Shown here piece after piece: positions 1 to 9,152 of a stretch of DNA of 64,000 nucleotides. The number at the start of each line of letters is the position of its first letter. Position 1 is the stretch's first letter. A program made the translations under genes and the position numbers. This DNA is from an uncultured Bacteroidales bacterium. Lineage in GTDB: Bacteria; Bacteroidota; Bacteroidia; Bacteroidales; VadinHA17. The DNA lies in assembly GCA_963750735.1 (NCBI GenBank), contig CAVVRY010000016.1, positions 79,724-143,723 on the forward strand, read 5' to 3'. The notes under the pieces are model-generated. The model had not been told where the DNA came from, did not search any database, and saw only the letters and a program-made list of their open reading frames with translations.

Positions 1-20
1 GGATAGTCCTCCAGAAGTAA

Positions 21-587
21 ATTGCACATAATGGTCAGCTTAAGATTAAGGTAGAGGATATTTTAACATTACACAGAGAATTTAAAGCCACAGTTGACAT
101 GGTAGTACTGGTAACTGGAATGGTTCCCCGTAGGGATAATTCTATTGCAGATATTTTTAAAGTACCCATCGGAAGGGATAATTTCTTTAACGAGATTCAT
201 CCAAAGTTGCGGCCAGTTGAAACCGTTATTGATGGAATTCATATTTCAGGGGCATGCCAGGGGCCAAAAAACATCCCTGAATCGGCAAACTCTGCGCTTT
301 CTGCAGCTTCCAAAGCAAATGGTCTGATTAGCAAGGGAAGTATAGAAATTGAGCCAAAATTAGCTGAAGTTGATGATCTTAGTTGTATATGGTGCGATGC
401 CTGCAGTGATGTTTGTCCTTATGATGCAATTGCAATGAAAGATATGAAAGGCAAAAAAGTAGCCATTGTAAATGAAGCCAATTGCAAAGGCTGTGGAATG
501 TGTTTACCTGTTTGCCCATCAAACTCTATTGATTTAATAGGCTTTAAAGATGTTGAGATTGAAAGTATGATAGATGCACTCGCATAA
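21..587 (+). CDS. HdrA/QmoB-like FAD/FeS oxidoreductase, C-terminal portion (5' end lies outside the window)
   Basis: Frame 3 is open from 21. The translation KATVDMVVLVTGM..FFNEIHPKLRPVET..GIHISGACQGPKNIPES matches the end of the heterodisulfide reductase A flavin domain as I remember it. Two CxxCxxCxxxCP ferredoxin motifs follow (CIWCDACSDVCP, CKGCGMCLPVCP). There is an in-frame TAA at 18-20, and the upstream residues (DSPPEVN) lie in frame 2, implying one extra base near 22-24. Confidence 0.75.
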   Translation: MAHNGQLKIKVEDILTLHREFKATVDMVVLVTGMVPRRDNSIADIFKVPIGRDNFFNEIHPKLRPVETVIDGIHISGACQGPKNIPESANSALSAASKANGLISKGSIEIEPKLAEVDDLSCIWCDACSDVCPYDAIAMKDMKGKKVAIVNEANCKGCGMCLPVCPSNSIDLIGFKDVEIESMIDALA

Positions 588-653
588 TCCAGAGCCATCA
601 CTTTTTAAAGATTAACCATGTTTTAGGAAATGGTCAATAAGTAAAATGAATAT

Positions 654-932
654 ATGAAAACGAAAACAATAGATATTATCAAGGAAAAGAGGGTTGTCCC
701 TGAGGAGGTTAAAGAGAGAAGGAAAGAATTCGCCCGATTAAAAAGATTAATTATGGCTGCTCTTAAGGATGAAGCCAAGACAATTCCAGAGATAGCCATT
801 GAGATTAATGAACCTGTGGAAGTGGTAACTTTCAATTTAATGACCTGCAGAAAATACGGCCAGGTAGAAACTGGGGAAATTGATGACATGGACGAATACT
901 TCACTTATAAATTAGTTAAAAAGGAAAATTAA
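654..932 (+). CDS. small hypothetical protein (92 aa), possibly winged-helix-like
   Basis: ATG-initiated ORF whose stop ends 1 nt before the next start (932/934). It has a basic N-terminus and a helix-rich core (IPEIAIEINEPVEVVTFNLMTCRKYGQVE). It has only one Cys, so it is not an MvhD-type FeS protein. No family recognised. Confidence 0.5.
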   Translation: MKTKTIDIIKEKRVVPEEVKERRKEFARLKRLIMAALKDEAKTIPEIAIEINEPVEVVTFNLMTCRKYGQVETGEIDDMDEYFTYKLVKKEN

Positions 933-933
933 A

Positions 934-1989
934 ATGGCAACAGTTAATCTTGATTTTTCAACTGAACTCAAAAAATTTGGAGCAGATAATTTTCAAGCTT
1001 GTTACAATTGTGGTACCTGTACAGCTGTTTGCTCATTATCTACTGAGGAAGATTCCTTTCCAAGAGAAATGGTAAGATTTGGTGTTTTGGGCTTAGAGGA
1101 TGATATATCATCTTCATTAAAACCTTGGCTTTGCTACTATTGTGGTGAATGTTCAGAAACATGCCCCCGGGAAGCAAATCCAGGAGAATTAATGATGTCT
1201 TTGCGGAGATGGCTTACCGGTAAATACGATTGGACCGGTTTATCTGGATTATTATACAAGTCCTGGGCACTTACAGTTATAGCTTTTTTCCTAATAGCTG
1301 CTGGAGTTATTGTTTTTAGTATCTATGAAGATTTTAGCTCTACAGTGATAATGCATTTTGGTCATTCATTTGAAATTGCTGCCATTGCTGGGGTCTTCAG
1401 TTTAATCTTATTGCCGAATATTATTCGTATGTGGTGGTTTACCATATTAAGGCCAAAAGTGAATGTTCCAATTGGAGCCTATTTTAAAGGAATCTGGGAA
1501 TTAATCGTGCATATGTTTACTCAGAAACAATCATTGGACTGTGAAGATGAAAGTCGTTTACGATGGTTTGAACATTTCATTCTGGTATTGGGTTACCTGG
1601 CACTGCTATTTACCACAATAGTTCTTGATTGGTTTGGTACAGATAATATTTTTGTGATAGTTTTGGGATATGTCGAAAGTACAGTAATTTTTGTTGTAAC
1701 CTTGCATTTCGTTTCAAGCAGAGTAAAGAAAAACAGGGAGATAAATAAGTTTTCTCAACCATCTGATTGGCTTTTTGTTATATGGCTATTCCTTATGGGA
1801 TTAACAGCTTTTATTGTTCGTCTTTTTATTGATTTAAACCTGCTTGAGAACAACTTTTGGATGTATTTATTCCATCTAATTATTCTGGCTCAGTGGGCTT
1901 TGATAATAGTCCCATTTGGAAAATGGACTCATTTTCTGTATCGGTCATTTGCTATGTATTTTAATAAACTTAAAGAGTTGTCAAAGTAA
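934..1989 (+). CDS. QmoC-like membrane FeS/cytochrome b protein (HdrC-like N-domain fused to HdrE/NarI-like membrane domain)
   Basis: The N-terminus carries two 4Fe-4S motifs (CYNCGTCTAVCS, CYYCGECSETCP). The rest is a multi-helix hydrophobic domain with His-containing segments (HFGHSF, FEHFILV, WTHFLYR). Confidence 0.7.
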   Translation: MATVNLDFSTELKKFGADNFQACYNCGTCTAVCSLSTEEDSFPREMVRFGVLGLEDDISSSLKPWLCYYCGECSETCPREANPGELMMSLRRWLTGKYDWTGLSGLLYKSWALTVIAFFLIAAGVIVFSIYEDFSSTVIMHFGHSFEIAAIAGVFSLILLPNIIRMWWFTILRPKVNVPIGAYFKGIWELIVHMFTQKQSLDCEDESRLRWFEHFILVLGYLALLFTTIVLDWFGTDNIFVIVLGYVESTVIFVVTLHFVSSRVKKNREINKFSQPSDWLFVIWLFLMGLTAFIVRLFIDLNLLENNFWMYLFHLIILAQWALIIVPFGKWTHFLYRSFAMYFNKLKELSK

Positions 1990-2063
1990 ACGGGGAGGAC
2001 TGTACAAAAAACTTCACTTTTTAAATCAATAAACCAACACAAGTCATTTTCACTCACCCTGAG

Positions 2064-2111
2064 AAGGAGAGCTGGTTAATATAAATTGCGATAGGTCCGG
2101 TTCTCCTTTTT
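2064..2111 (+). terminator. possible terminator hairpin after the QmoC-like gene
   Basis: aaggagagctgg (2064-2075) pairs with ccggttctcctt (2097-2108), with two G-T wobbles, and is followed by ttt. The 21-nt loop is long, so this is weak. Confidence 0.3.
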
Positions 2112-2179
2112 AAATAAATCTGATTTTTCAAGAAACTTCGAATCACTAAAAATTGTCATTGAAATAGGAGTATTGCTGC

Positions 2180-2521
2180 CTATTGGGCACAGTGTACACA
2201 GAACCTGCTTTGAGGCACTAATAGCATTCGGCCAATTGGAATGGGTTTATTGCATCTTGCACAGATTCCAAAGCCCTCTTTTCCAACCTGTCTAAGCATA
2301 TAATTTAGTTTGCTCAACTTGTCCTTAGCTTCTCGTAAGGCTGCTTCCGCCACACTTTTGTTGTTGATAGCATCCATTCTTGAGATTCTTCCTATGGCAT
2401 TTTCAGGAGCGATAGGCTTGGTAATTTCTTTATAGGTAGCAACAGATTTTTCAGTTTTCTGAATCTCCTGTAATATATTTTCTTTGATAGACTCCAGTTG
2501 TTTATCATTCATAATTATCAA
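2180..2521 (-). CDS. TraR/DksA family C4-type zinc-finger protein
   Basis: 113 aa with a coiled-coil-like N-part and a C-terminal CxxC-x17-CxxC (CARCNKPIP...FCVHCAQ). Confidence 0.8.
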   Translation of the reverse strand: MIIMNDKQLESIKENILQEIQKTEKSVATYKEITKPIAPENAIGRISRMDAINNKSVAEAALREAKDKLSKLNYMLRQVGKEGFGICARCNKPIPIGRMLLVPQSRFCVHCAQ

Positions 2522-2528
2522 ATATCAA

Positions 2529-2822
2529 TTATGCTTTATCAGTTATGTAGAGTTTTTTGAAAACCAGTATCAATGCAACCACATTGAAAATCATCAAAAA
2601 TAGCTTGAAATATAAACTAATTGTGGCGAGCCCCCATTCCAACTTAGCAGCTGTCCAGTCGGGCAGCTTTTCGGCCAGGTCAATATTCAATTCCTCGAGA
2701 ATTGATGGACTGACATAATCACTTTTTATATCATGCAAAGCTAAGAAATCACCAAAAGTAAATAGAAGTACAATAATACTAAAGCTCAAAATTAACATCT
2801 GGGTATTTTTCGGATTTTTCAT
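2529..2822 (-). CDS. small membrane protein (two hydrophobic helices), unknown function
   Basis: 97-aa ORF ending 7 nt upstream of the DksA-like start. It has hydrophobic N- and C-terminal segments. No family recognised. Confidence 0.5.
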   Translation of the reverse strand: MKNPKNTQMLILSFSIIVLLFTFGDFLALHDIKSDYVSPSILEELNIDLAEKLPDWTAAKLEWGLATISLYFKLFLMIFNVVALILVFKKLYITDKA

Positions 2823-2910
2823 ATGGATTGCCTTAAATAAGAATTAATAGTTGTTGGGTTATTTGATTTCTAAAAATCCGAAATCTTAACAAAATACCTA
2901 CAAATATTAA

Positions 2911-2943
2911 CAAAAAAACAGGCCAGAAAAAAACACTGACCTG
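2911..2943 (-). terminator. Rho-independent terminator of the small OMP gene
   Basis: On the minus strand, CAGGUCAG (2943-2936) pairs with CUGGCCUG (2926-2919) as 8 bp including one G-U, with a 9-nt loop, followed by a run of U (plus-strand A-run 2912-2918). Confidence 0.65.
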
Positions 2944-2989
2944 AGAAAATTTATTTTAAGATCCTGTAATCCAGGAGTATTTTTAAAAA

Positions 2990-3445
2990 TTATAGCTTAA
3001 AGCTAACACCAATGTGGCCTCCAAAGAATGATCCCCCTCCAAGTTCAACATTTAATGCCCATCTTTCATCCCAATACCAGCGTCCACCAACCTGAACGCC
3101 AAATAGAGCATTAAAATCATTACCTGCGCGAAATCCCAAACTTCCACCAGCATAAAAATCCCATTCTGGTGGAATTCCAATAATGCGGTTAAAGTGGTAA
3201 TCACCTCTGGCAACAGCTCCAAAATACACTACATTGCTATCAAATATCACACTAATTTCCGGACCAACTGTAACATCATCATGAACTGCAATATCAAGTG
3301 AACCATAAACAGGAAGGCCCCAGCTGCTGAAACCAAGACCAAAATTTATTTGCATATCTCCTTTTGATAGAGGAGCTTCTCCCTCTTGTGCGAATAAACC
3401 TGTGGAAACCAGGATAATCCCAAATAGTAAAACGATTCTTTTCAT
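2990..3445 (-). CDS. small outer-membrane beta-barrel protein
   Basis: Signal peptide MKRIVLLFGIILVSTGLFAQ, an alternating Gly/aromatic strand pattern, and the C-terminal strand GVSFKL. Confidence 0.65.
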   Translation of the reverse strand: MKRIVLLFGIILVSTGLFAQEGEAPLSKGDMQINFGLGFSSWGLPVYGSLDIAVHDDVTVGPEISVIFDSNVVYFGAVARGDYHFNRIIGIPPEWDFYAGGSLGFRAGNDFNALFGVQVGGRWYWDERWALNVELGGGSFFGGHIGVSFKL

Positions 3446-3582
3446 TTAAGTAAAATTATTGTGTTAATAACATAGTTTGTTAGCCTGCAAATGTAGTTAT
3501 TTTTAAGATCGAAATGCAGCCTATTTAAAACTATTACAAATAATTTAATGGTTTTTTAACATTATATAGAATGGAAATAGAA

Positions 3583-4341
3583 CTATCGAGAAGGCTTGAT
3601 ATCCTTGAAGATTTTGAAATTTCCTAGTTTTGTTTTTTGAAGGAAATATGAGATCGAAACCAGCAGAACTCCTATACCATATTTCATACTTCTTTGAACA
3701 TTTATGGAGGAGGCTTCTTCGAAATATTTGGTTGGGCAGGTAATTTCTGCCACTTCAAAACCAGCATAAAAAATCTGGGCCAGCATTTGGTTATCGAAGA
3801 TAAAATCATCCGAATCAATATCATAATGAATGCTTTTCAGGACATTGGCTGAAAAAGCCCTGTAACCGGTATGGTACTCAGAAAGTTTCTGGTTCATTGC
3901 CAGGTTCTGGAAAAGTGTTAAAAACCGGTTGGCAACATATTTGTAACCAGGCATGCCCCCTTTTAATGCGCCCCGGCCCAGAATCCTTGATCCAATTACC
4001 ACTTCGTAAACTCCATTGGCTATAAGATAGCACATAGAATGAATTAATCTGGGAGTATACTGGTAATCAGGGTGAAGCATAACAACTATATCAGCCTCAA
4101 TTTCAAGGGCCTTATTGTAACATGATTTTTGATTTCCCCCATAGCCCTTGTTTTTTTCGTGCTTGATGATGTGTTGAATTCCCAATTCCTTACCTACATG
4201 CACTGTCTTGTCACTGCTCTGGTCATCAACCAGAATAACTTCATCTACAATGTCAAAAGGGATTTCTCTATAAGTTTTTTCGAGAGTTCGCTCTGCATTA
4301 TAAGCAGGGAGTACAACAACAATTTTTTTATTATTAATCAT
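3583..4341 (-). CDS. family 2 glycosyltransferase (Dpm1/ArnC-like polyprenol-phosphate sugar transferase)
   Basis: VVVLPAYNAERTLEKT...VILVDDQSSDKT N-terminal GT-A signature, 252 aa. Its start lies 9 nt after the stop of the GT-C gene. Confidence 0.85.
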   Translation of the reverse strand: MINNKKIVVVLPAYNAERTLEKTYREIPFDIVDEVILVDDQSSDKTVHVGKELGIQHIIKHEKNKGYGGNQKSCYNKALEIEADIVVMLHPDYQYTPRLIHSMCYLIANGVYEVVIGSRILGRGALKGGMPGYKYVANRFLTLFQNLAMNQKLSEYHTGYRAFSANVLKSIHYDIDSDDFIFDNQMLAQIFYAGFEVAEITCPTKYFEEASSINVQRSMKYGIGVLLVSISYFLQKTKLGNFKIFKDIKPSR

Positions 4342-4350
4342 TCCGGTGAA

Positions 4351-6012
4351 TTAAGGGAGATTTGAGGGATTATTTCGGGCAAAGAAAACAAAACCATTTT
4401 TATCATACAAGCGGGTGAAGTCATGATATTGCTCGGTGAATTTAGATTCCCTGTCAATCTTGGTGACTATATATACTTTTTTATCCACTTCTCCGCTTAA
4501 TAGCCAATCAAGATCCTGAGAGCGTTTATCCTCAGGTTGAGGTTTCTTAGCATAAAAATACTGGGCATAACTTTTATATCCCCAAGTTTGTACATAACAA
4601 TCTTCAGTTGAAATATTTTCATAAAACTCAATAGCTGCATTTTGGGAATATTGTTCCACCTTGGGAACTATAATTACCATTGTTAAACCGGTGAAGAGAA
4701 GGCTGGAAATAAATATTCCTGTCACCTGTAAGGCAATCTTCTTTCTAAAATATATGATTGAGAAAAGTACACCTCCAATAAGTATTATACCTATCAAAAA
4801 TTCAAAACCGGTCCAATGTACTTCAGCTTGCATATTGGCTATTGCAAAATCATCCTTAATTGAGCCAGAAGCTATTATTCTGTCCTTAAAATGAATAAAG
4901 AGCTGAACCAGGATAAGTAAACTGCCTTCAAGTATAGTCATTACTATTAAGATGACTTTCATCCATTTTGGCCATGAAAGTTGTCCATTGATCATTTTAT
5001 AGATAACAAATGTGGCGAGAAATGTTAGTGGAAAGTAACACATAGATGAATAGTGGACAATCTTGGTATTGACAATGGTAAATAATATCAATACTACCCA
5101 GAAAGTGATCATCATCCAATTCCTGAATACTTTAGGAAAACCTGAATCATCAGTAAATCTCCTGAATGATTTTAAAGCAAAAACAGAGGCAGGAAAGACA
5201 CCTAAAAAGAGCACTACAAAGTGATAAAAGAGAAAACCTCCATGTCCGGCATCTTCCTTGGTGAATAAGCGGATTTGATACTGAATAAAGTCAACCAGCA
5301 CATCTGTTCTTCCATCCAGGATCTGGAGAATAAACCAGAATCCTCCAACGAGTATCAATACCGGAATATACAATGCAAAAAACTTTACACTAAAAACACT
5401 TAGCCATTGCTTTGAATATATGAGCCACACCAGGGTAACCAGACCAAAAATGAGGAGAGCGACCGGCCCTTTTGTGAGAATTCCAAGACCGATAAAAGTG
5501 GCTGAAAGTATTATACTCAGGGTAGTTTTTTCTTTATTTTCAAGGGCCACATAGGAAATCATGTAATAGATGCCCAGAAAAATAAATAAGTTAAACCAGG
5601 GATCAATAATACCAGATTTGAAATAGAGGTGGGTTAGGAGCGACCCGGTATACACCAGTGTCCATAGCAAACCAAAACGAGCATTATATAGTTTTTTACC
5701 AATATTGTACAATACCAATAGGGTTATAATACCACCTATTGCATTCGGAAATCGGGCTGCAAACTCATTGATGCCAAATACTTTCATTGAAAGAACCTGC
5801 ATCCAGATAAAAAGAGGTGGCTTTTCCCAGAAAGCAAAATAATTTATTTGAACAGAAAGATAATCTTTGGTTACAATCATTTCCCGGGCTGATTCTGCAA
5901 AATTGATTTCATCCCAATCGAATAGGTGTACAGCCCCTAAAAATGGAAAAAACAGGACAATGCCTGTCAGTACAATTAGATATGGATAATATGACTCTTT
6001 AATTCGGGCCAT
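4351..6012 (-). CDS. GT-C glycosyltransferase, ArnT/PMT_2 (GT39/GT83-like) family
   Basis: 553 aa and polytopic. The first loop carries the acidic motif LFDWDEINFAESAREM typical of ArnT/PMT enzymes. Its start lies 3 nt after the PAP2 stop. Confidence 0.85.
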   Translation of the reverse strand: MARIKESYYPYLIVLTGIVLFFPFLGAVHLFDWDEINFAESAREMIVTKDYLSVQINYFAFWEKPPLFIWMQVLSMKVFGINEFAARFPNAIGGIITLLVLYNIGKKLYNARFGLLWTLVYTGSLLTHLYFKSGIIDPWFNLFIFLGIYYMISYVALENKEKTTLSIILSATFIGLGILTKGPVALLIFGLVTLVWLIYSKQWLSVFSVKFFALYIPVLILVGGFWFILQILDGRTDVLVDFIQYQIRLFTKEDAGHGGFLFYHFVVLFLGVFPASVFALKSFRRFTDDSGFPKVFRNWMMITFWVVLILFTIVNTKIVHYSSMCYFPLTFLATFVIYKMINGQLSWPKWMKVILIVMTILEGSLLILVQLFIHFKDRIIASGSIKDDFAIANMQAEVHWTGFEFLIGIILIGGVLFSIIYFRKKIALQVTGIFISSLLFTGLTMVIIVPKVEQYSQNAAIEFYENISTEDCYVQTWGYKSYAQYFYAKKPQPEDKRSQDLDWLLSGEVDKKVYIVTKIDRESKFTEQYHDFTRLYDKNGFVFFARNNPSNLP

Positions 6013-6015
6013 GAA

Positions 6016-6666
6016 TTAAGTTTTAATAAATTTTTGAACCAGTGACCCATTGGACTTTCCCGGTGCAAGTTTTTCAAAATAATAGAGTGTTAGAAAGCTT
6101 ATAATAAATCCAATTATGGAACCAACTACTATGTCTCCTAGAAAATGTTGGGAGATATAGACACGTGAAAATGCAGTAAGCAATCCAAGAACAAAACAAA
6201 TCAACTTCCAGGATTGTTTGGGCGAGACCAATGAAAGAACAAAGAAAACACTGAATGCTGTGGCAGCATGCCCGGAGGGAAAGCTATGAAGCGAATGCAC
6301 AGATACACCTGGCACCAGGTAAAGGTCATATACACCCTCAAAAAAGGCTCTGGGACGCAGGGCTTCAGTAAACACTTGCTTTTTTAAAATCTGTACCACA
6401 AGAGTGATAAAAAAGTTCGAGATGAGAAAAATCCAGGCATACCGGTATTTTATAAAAAGTAAAAGAATAAATAGAAATAGTATCATCCATCCACTTCCTA
6501 AATGTGTAATCCAGGAAAAGAAAATATCAAAAAATCCGCAGTGCTGTTGATTAATTGCAATGTGAATATCAGCTTTTGGAAAGATCAAGAGAATTCCGCT
6601 CCCAATAAAAATAAAAACCAAAAATGAATAGATAAAAACTCTGTTTTCTTTTATCAGGTTTAGCAT
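6016..6666 (-). CDS. PAP2 superfamily phosphatase (lipid phosphate / lipid A phosphatase-like)
   Basis: All three acid-phosphatase motifs are present: K..ALRPRAF, SFPSGHA, SRVYISQHFLGD. The protein is polytopic. Confidence 0.85.
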   Translation of the reverse strand: MLNLIKENRVFIYSFLVFIFIGSGILLIFPKADIHIAINQQHCGFFDIFFSWITHLGSGWMILFLFILLLFIKYRYAWIFLISNFFITLVVQILKKQVFTEALRPRAFFEGVYDLYLVPGVSVHSLHSFPSGHAATAFSVFFVLSLVSPKQSWKLICFVLGLLTAFSRVYISQHFLGDIVVGSIIGFIISFLTLYYFEKLAPGKSNGSLVQKFIKT

Positions 6667-6844
6667 TGAGAGAATATTGAAAGTTTATAACTAATACTTT
6701 GAAACCAAATTTTTAGTGGAGGTAAATTTAGTCAAAAAGAATAAAGTTGAAAGTCGAAAATAGAATGAAAAAAGTAAAAGTTGAATCCAATTCCAATTCT
6801 CGATTTTATGTCTGAACTGTTAAATTATTATTTTAGTGAAATAT

Positions 6845-7834
6845 TTAGGGAAGTGGAATTATTTTTAACTGGTGATTATTTAAATCGGCCACCCAAAGGT
6901 ATCCGGCATGAACCAATACAGCAGCAGGTTTATTTAGGTCTTCAAGCCCTGTTCCGGGTTTACCAGTACCTGCAATTGCAGTAATTTTTCCTTGTGTATC
7001 GATTTTCATAATGCGGTTAGTGCCCATATCAGCTATGTAGATATTTTTACCAGCATCGATTGCAACACCATGAGGTGTATTCAGGCTTCCATGTAAAGGA
7101 ACAGTGGCAATTTCTTTTCCAGGTACAATTTTTCGCACCAGATTGGTGGCAGCGTCTACAACCAAGACATTACTTCCATCCATAACAATATCCATTGGGT
7201 AAGTGAATGTGGCTATTTCAGGAGGCCCATCCATCTGGCCAGATTCACCGGTACCAGCCAGCGTGGATACCATACCATCTTTTATTTTCCGAACACGAGC
7301 ATTGCCAATATCTACGACCACCAGGCCTCCATCTGGTGCAATTATTACTGCATGTGGTGAATTAAATAGGGCAGACTTTGCATCCCCATCCTGGAAACCA
7401 GATTTCTCAGGAACACCAGCAAGAGTGGATACAATATAACTCCCCTTTTGATCGGGTGTGAGCAAGCGGATTACCTGATTCGAAGCACTGGCAACATAAA
7501 TGTTTCCAGTTTTTGGATCATAAGCCACACCATGTGGTGACTTGAACTTTGCAGTTTCGGCCGGACCATCCAGGTAGCCTTCCTTGTCCGGTCCCCCTGC
7601 AATGGTAGTAACCTTACCATCCAGGCTGGCAATTCTGATAGCATGGTTGTTGATATCTGCAAATATGACCGATTTCTTTCCGAATGGAGTTAAGCGAATG
7701 GGTTTATTCAATTTACTTTTATTTCCATCTGCAAAGCCTGCCTCACCTGTTCCACAAACCAGTTTCATATTGCCTTGACCGTTCAAAGGAATAAAGATTA
7801 AGCCGAGTAGAATTACAAGAATTGTATTTTTCAT
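6845..7834 (-). CDS. NHL-repeat beta-propeller protein, secreted
   Basis: Signal peptide, then repeated units of the type F..PHGVA.D..GNIYVAD..N..I.K. Confidence 0.8.
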   Translation of the reverse strand: MKNTILVILLGLIFIPLNGQGNMKLVCGTGEAGFADGNKSKLNKPIRLTPFGKKSVIFADINNHAIRIASLDGKVTTIAGGPDKEGYLDGPAETAKFKSPHGVAYDPKTGNIYVASASNQVIRLLTPDQKGSYIVSTLAGVPEKSGFQDGDAKSALFNSPHAVIIAPDGGLVVVDIGNARVRKIKDGMVSTLAGTGESGQMDGPPEIATFTYPMDIVMDGSNVLVVDAATNLVRKIVPGKEIATVPLHGSLNTPHGVAIDAGKNIYIADMGTNRIMKIDTQGKITAIAGTGKPGTGLEDLNKPAAVLVHAGYLWVADLNNHQLKIIPLP

Positions 7835-7964
7835 AAGAGAATATTTTTTATTACAAATAGATAACTTTTAAGATATTAAATGTGATATTTCAGAAATAAA
7901 CGAAAGAGTAATAATTCTTACTTGGATATTTCCGCGTTTTACTATGTAAGATTTAAAAAGTTAA

Positions 7965-8981
7965 TTACCATGACCATCCAAATCCGGTATGAAATACATA
8001 ATCCAAATCAGCAGCTCCCTCAATCGGACGGTTATCATAATTAAAAGTTAGAGCAAGCTTGATATAAAAGTCATCATCAAAAGGCATTTCATACCTTGCA
8101 TCGAAATTAAAATCAGCACGCCACCTTCCTGCTTCAGTAAAACTTGGATAGGCCGTAAGTTTGGAGAATAGATTTAGATCTCCAATATCAAATAAATTTA
8201 ATTCTGTTCCCAGGAAGCCTTCCCAGCTCTTTCTGTCAGGTGTATCATCTGAGTAATTTTCATTGTTATAGTTTGCCCCTGCAGTAAAGCCCCAATAGGT
8301 TCGATTTGTATGAATAGCGTACTTACCCATCCCAAGCTTTGCAGTGGTTCTAAGTTGTAGTTTTTGCTCTGTATTTGATAAAAAGTCCAGAGATACAATA
8401 GGATACCAGTCTTTTGGAAGAAAATACCTGTAACTTAAGCCTCCTTCAGTTCTATTGATATCAGCTACTGAATCCTGTCTTGCACTCAAAGTATTAAAAT
8501 AGCCATCTAAATTCCAGCGTTTTGCTGTGTATCCAATATTACTTCTCATGGATACCTGCCTGAAATTATTCGCCTTGGTTAAATCGAAGCCGATATCAAT
8601 AGAAGCATACAATTGACTCCAGAATCCCTGGTCAATGTCATCTAAAAATACAATTTCATTAAAATCTACTTCAACTATTTTACCTTCATCAGTTTTAATT
8701 GCCACTTTCCCTGATTCTGACATTCCCAGGTGGCCGTTATAGCGATTTCCATTGCTAAGGGTGATTAGAAAGTAGGTATCAGTATAAATTTCCTTTATCT
8801 TATCCCATTCAATTTTAAAATCGCTATCACTGAAATCTGTTTCAACTGTGATAACTCCTCTATCCATTTTTTTAACTTCTCCAATCATATAGTTACCTGA
8901 TTTATAGATCAATGAATCTGGCTGTGCAAATGATATTACCGCTGCAAGCAATAATAAGGCTGATAAAATAATTTTCTTCAT
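7965..8981 (-). CDS. outer-membrane protein, DUF481-like
   Basis: Signal peptide MKKIILSALLLLAAVISFAQ, a long run of amphipathic strands and a terminal aromatic segment (FHTGFGWSW). The family name is from memory only. Confidence 0.5.
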   Translation of the reverse strand: MKKIILSALLLLAAVISFAQPDSLIYKSGNYMIGEVKKMDRGVITVETDFSDSDFKIEWDKIKEIYTDTYFLITLSNGNRYNGHLGMSESGKVAIKTDEGKIVEVDFNEIVFLDDIDQGFWSQLYASIDIGFDLTKANNFRQVSMRSNIGYTAKRWNLDGYFNTLSARQDSVADINRTEGGLSYRYFLPKDWYPIVSLDFLSNTEQKLQLRTTAKLGMGKYAIHTNRTYWGFTAGANYNNENYSDDTPDRKSWEGFLGTELNLFDIGDLNLFSKLTAYPSFTEAGRWRADFNFDARYEMPFDDDFYIKLALTFNYDNRPIEGAADLDYVFHTGFGWSW

Positions 8982-9095
8982 TTCAAAAGATAAAATAGGA
9001 TTAGAAAGTAGATTTATTTAGAATGCGTAAAAATAATATTTAGCTTAGTTAACTGCAAATTAAATTTCGATATAATCTTAAATTAAACTATTAGA

Positions 9096-9123
9096 ATAAA
9101 AAAACCAGGGTGTAACCTGGTTT
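9096..9123 (-). terminator. Rho-independent terminator of the DPP-IV gene
   Basis: On the minus strand, AAACCAGG (9123-9116), loop UUACAC, CCUGGUUU (9109-9102), then UUUUAUU. It lies 30 nt after the stop at 9153. Confidence 0.7.
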
Positions 9124-9152
9124 CAAATTCCAAATCCATTTCTTAAAATAAC

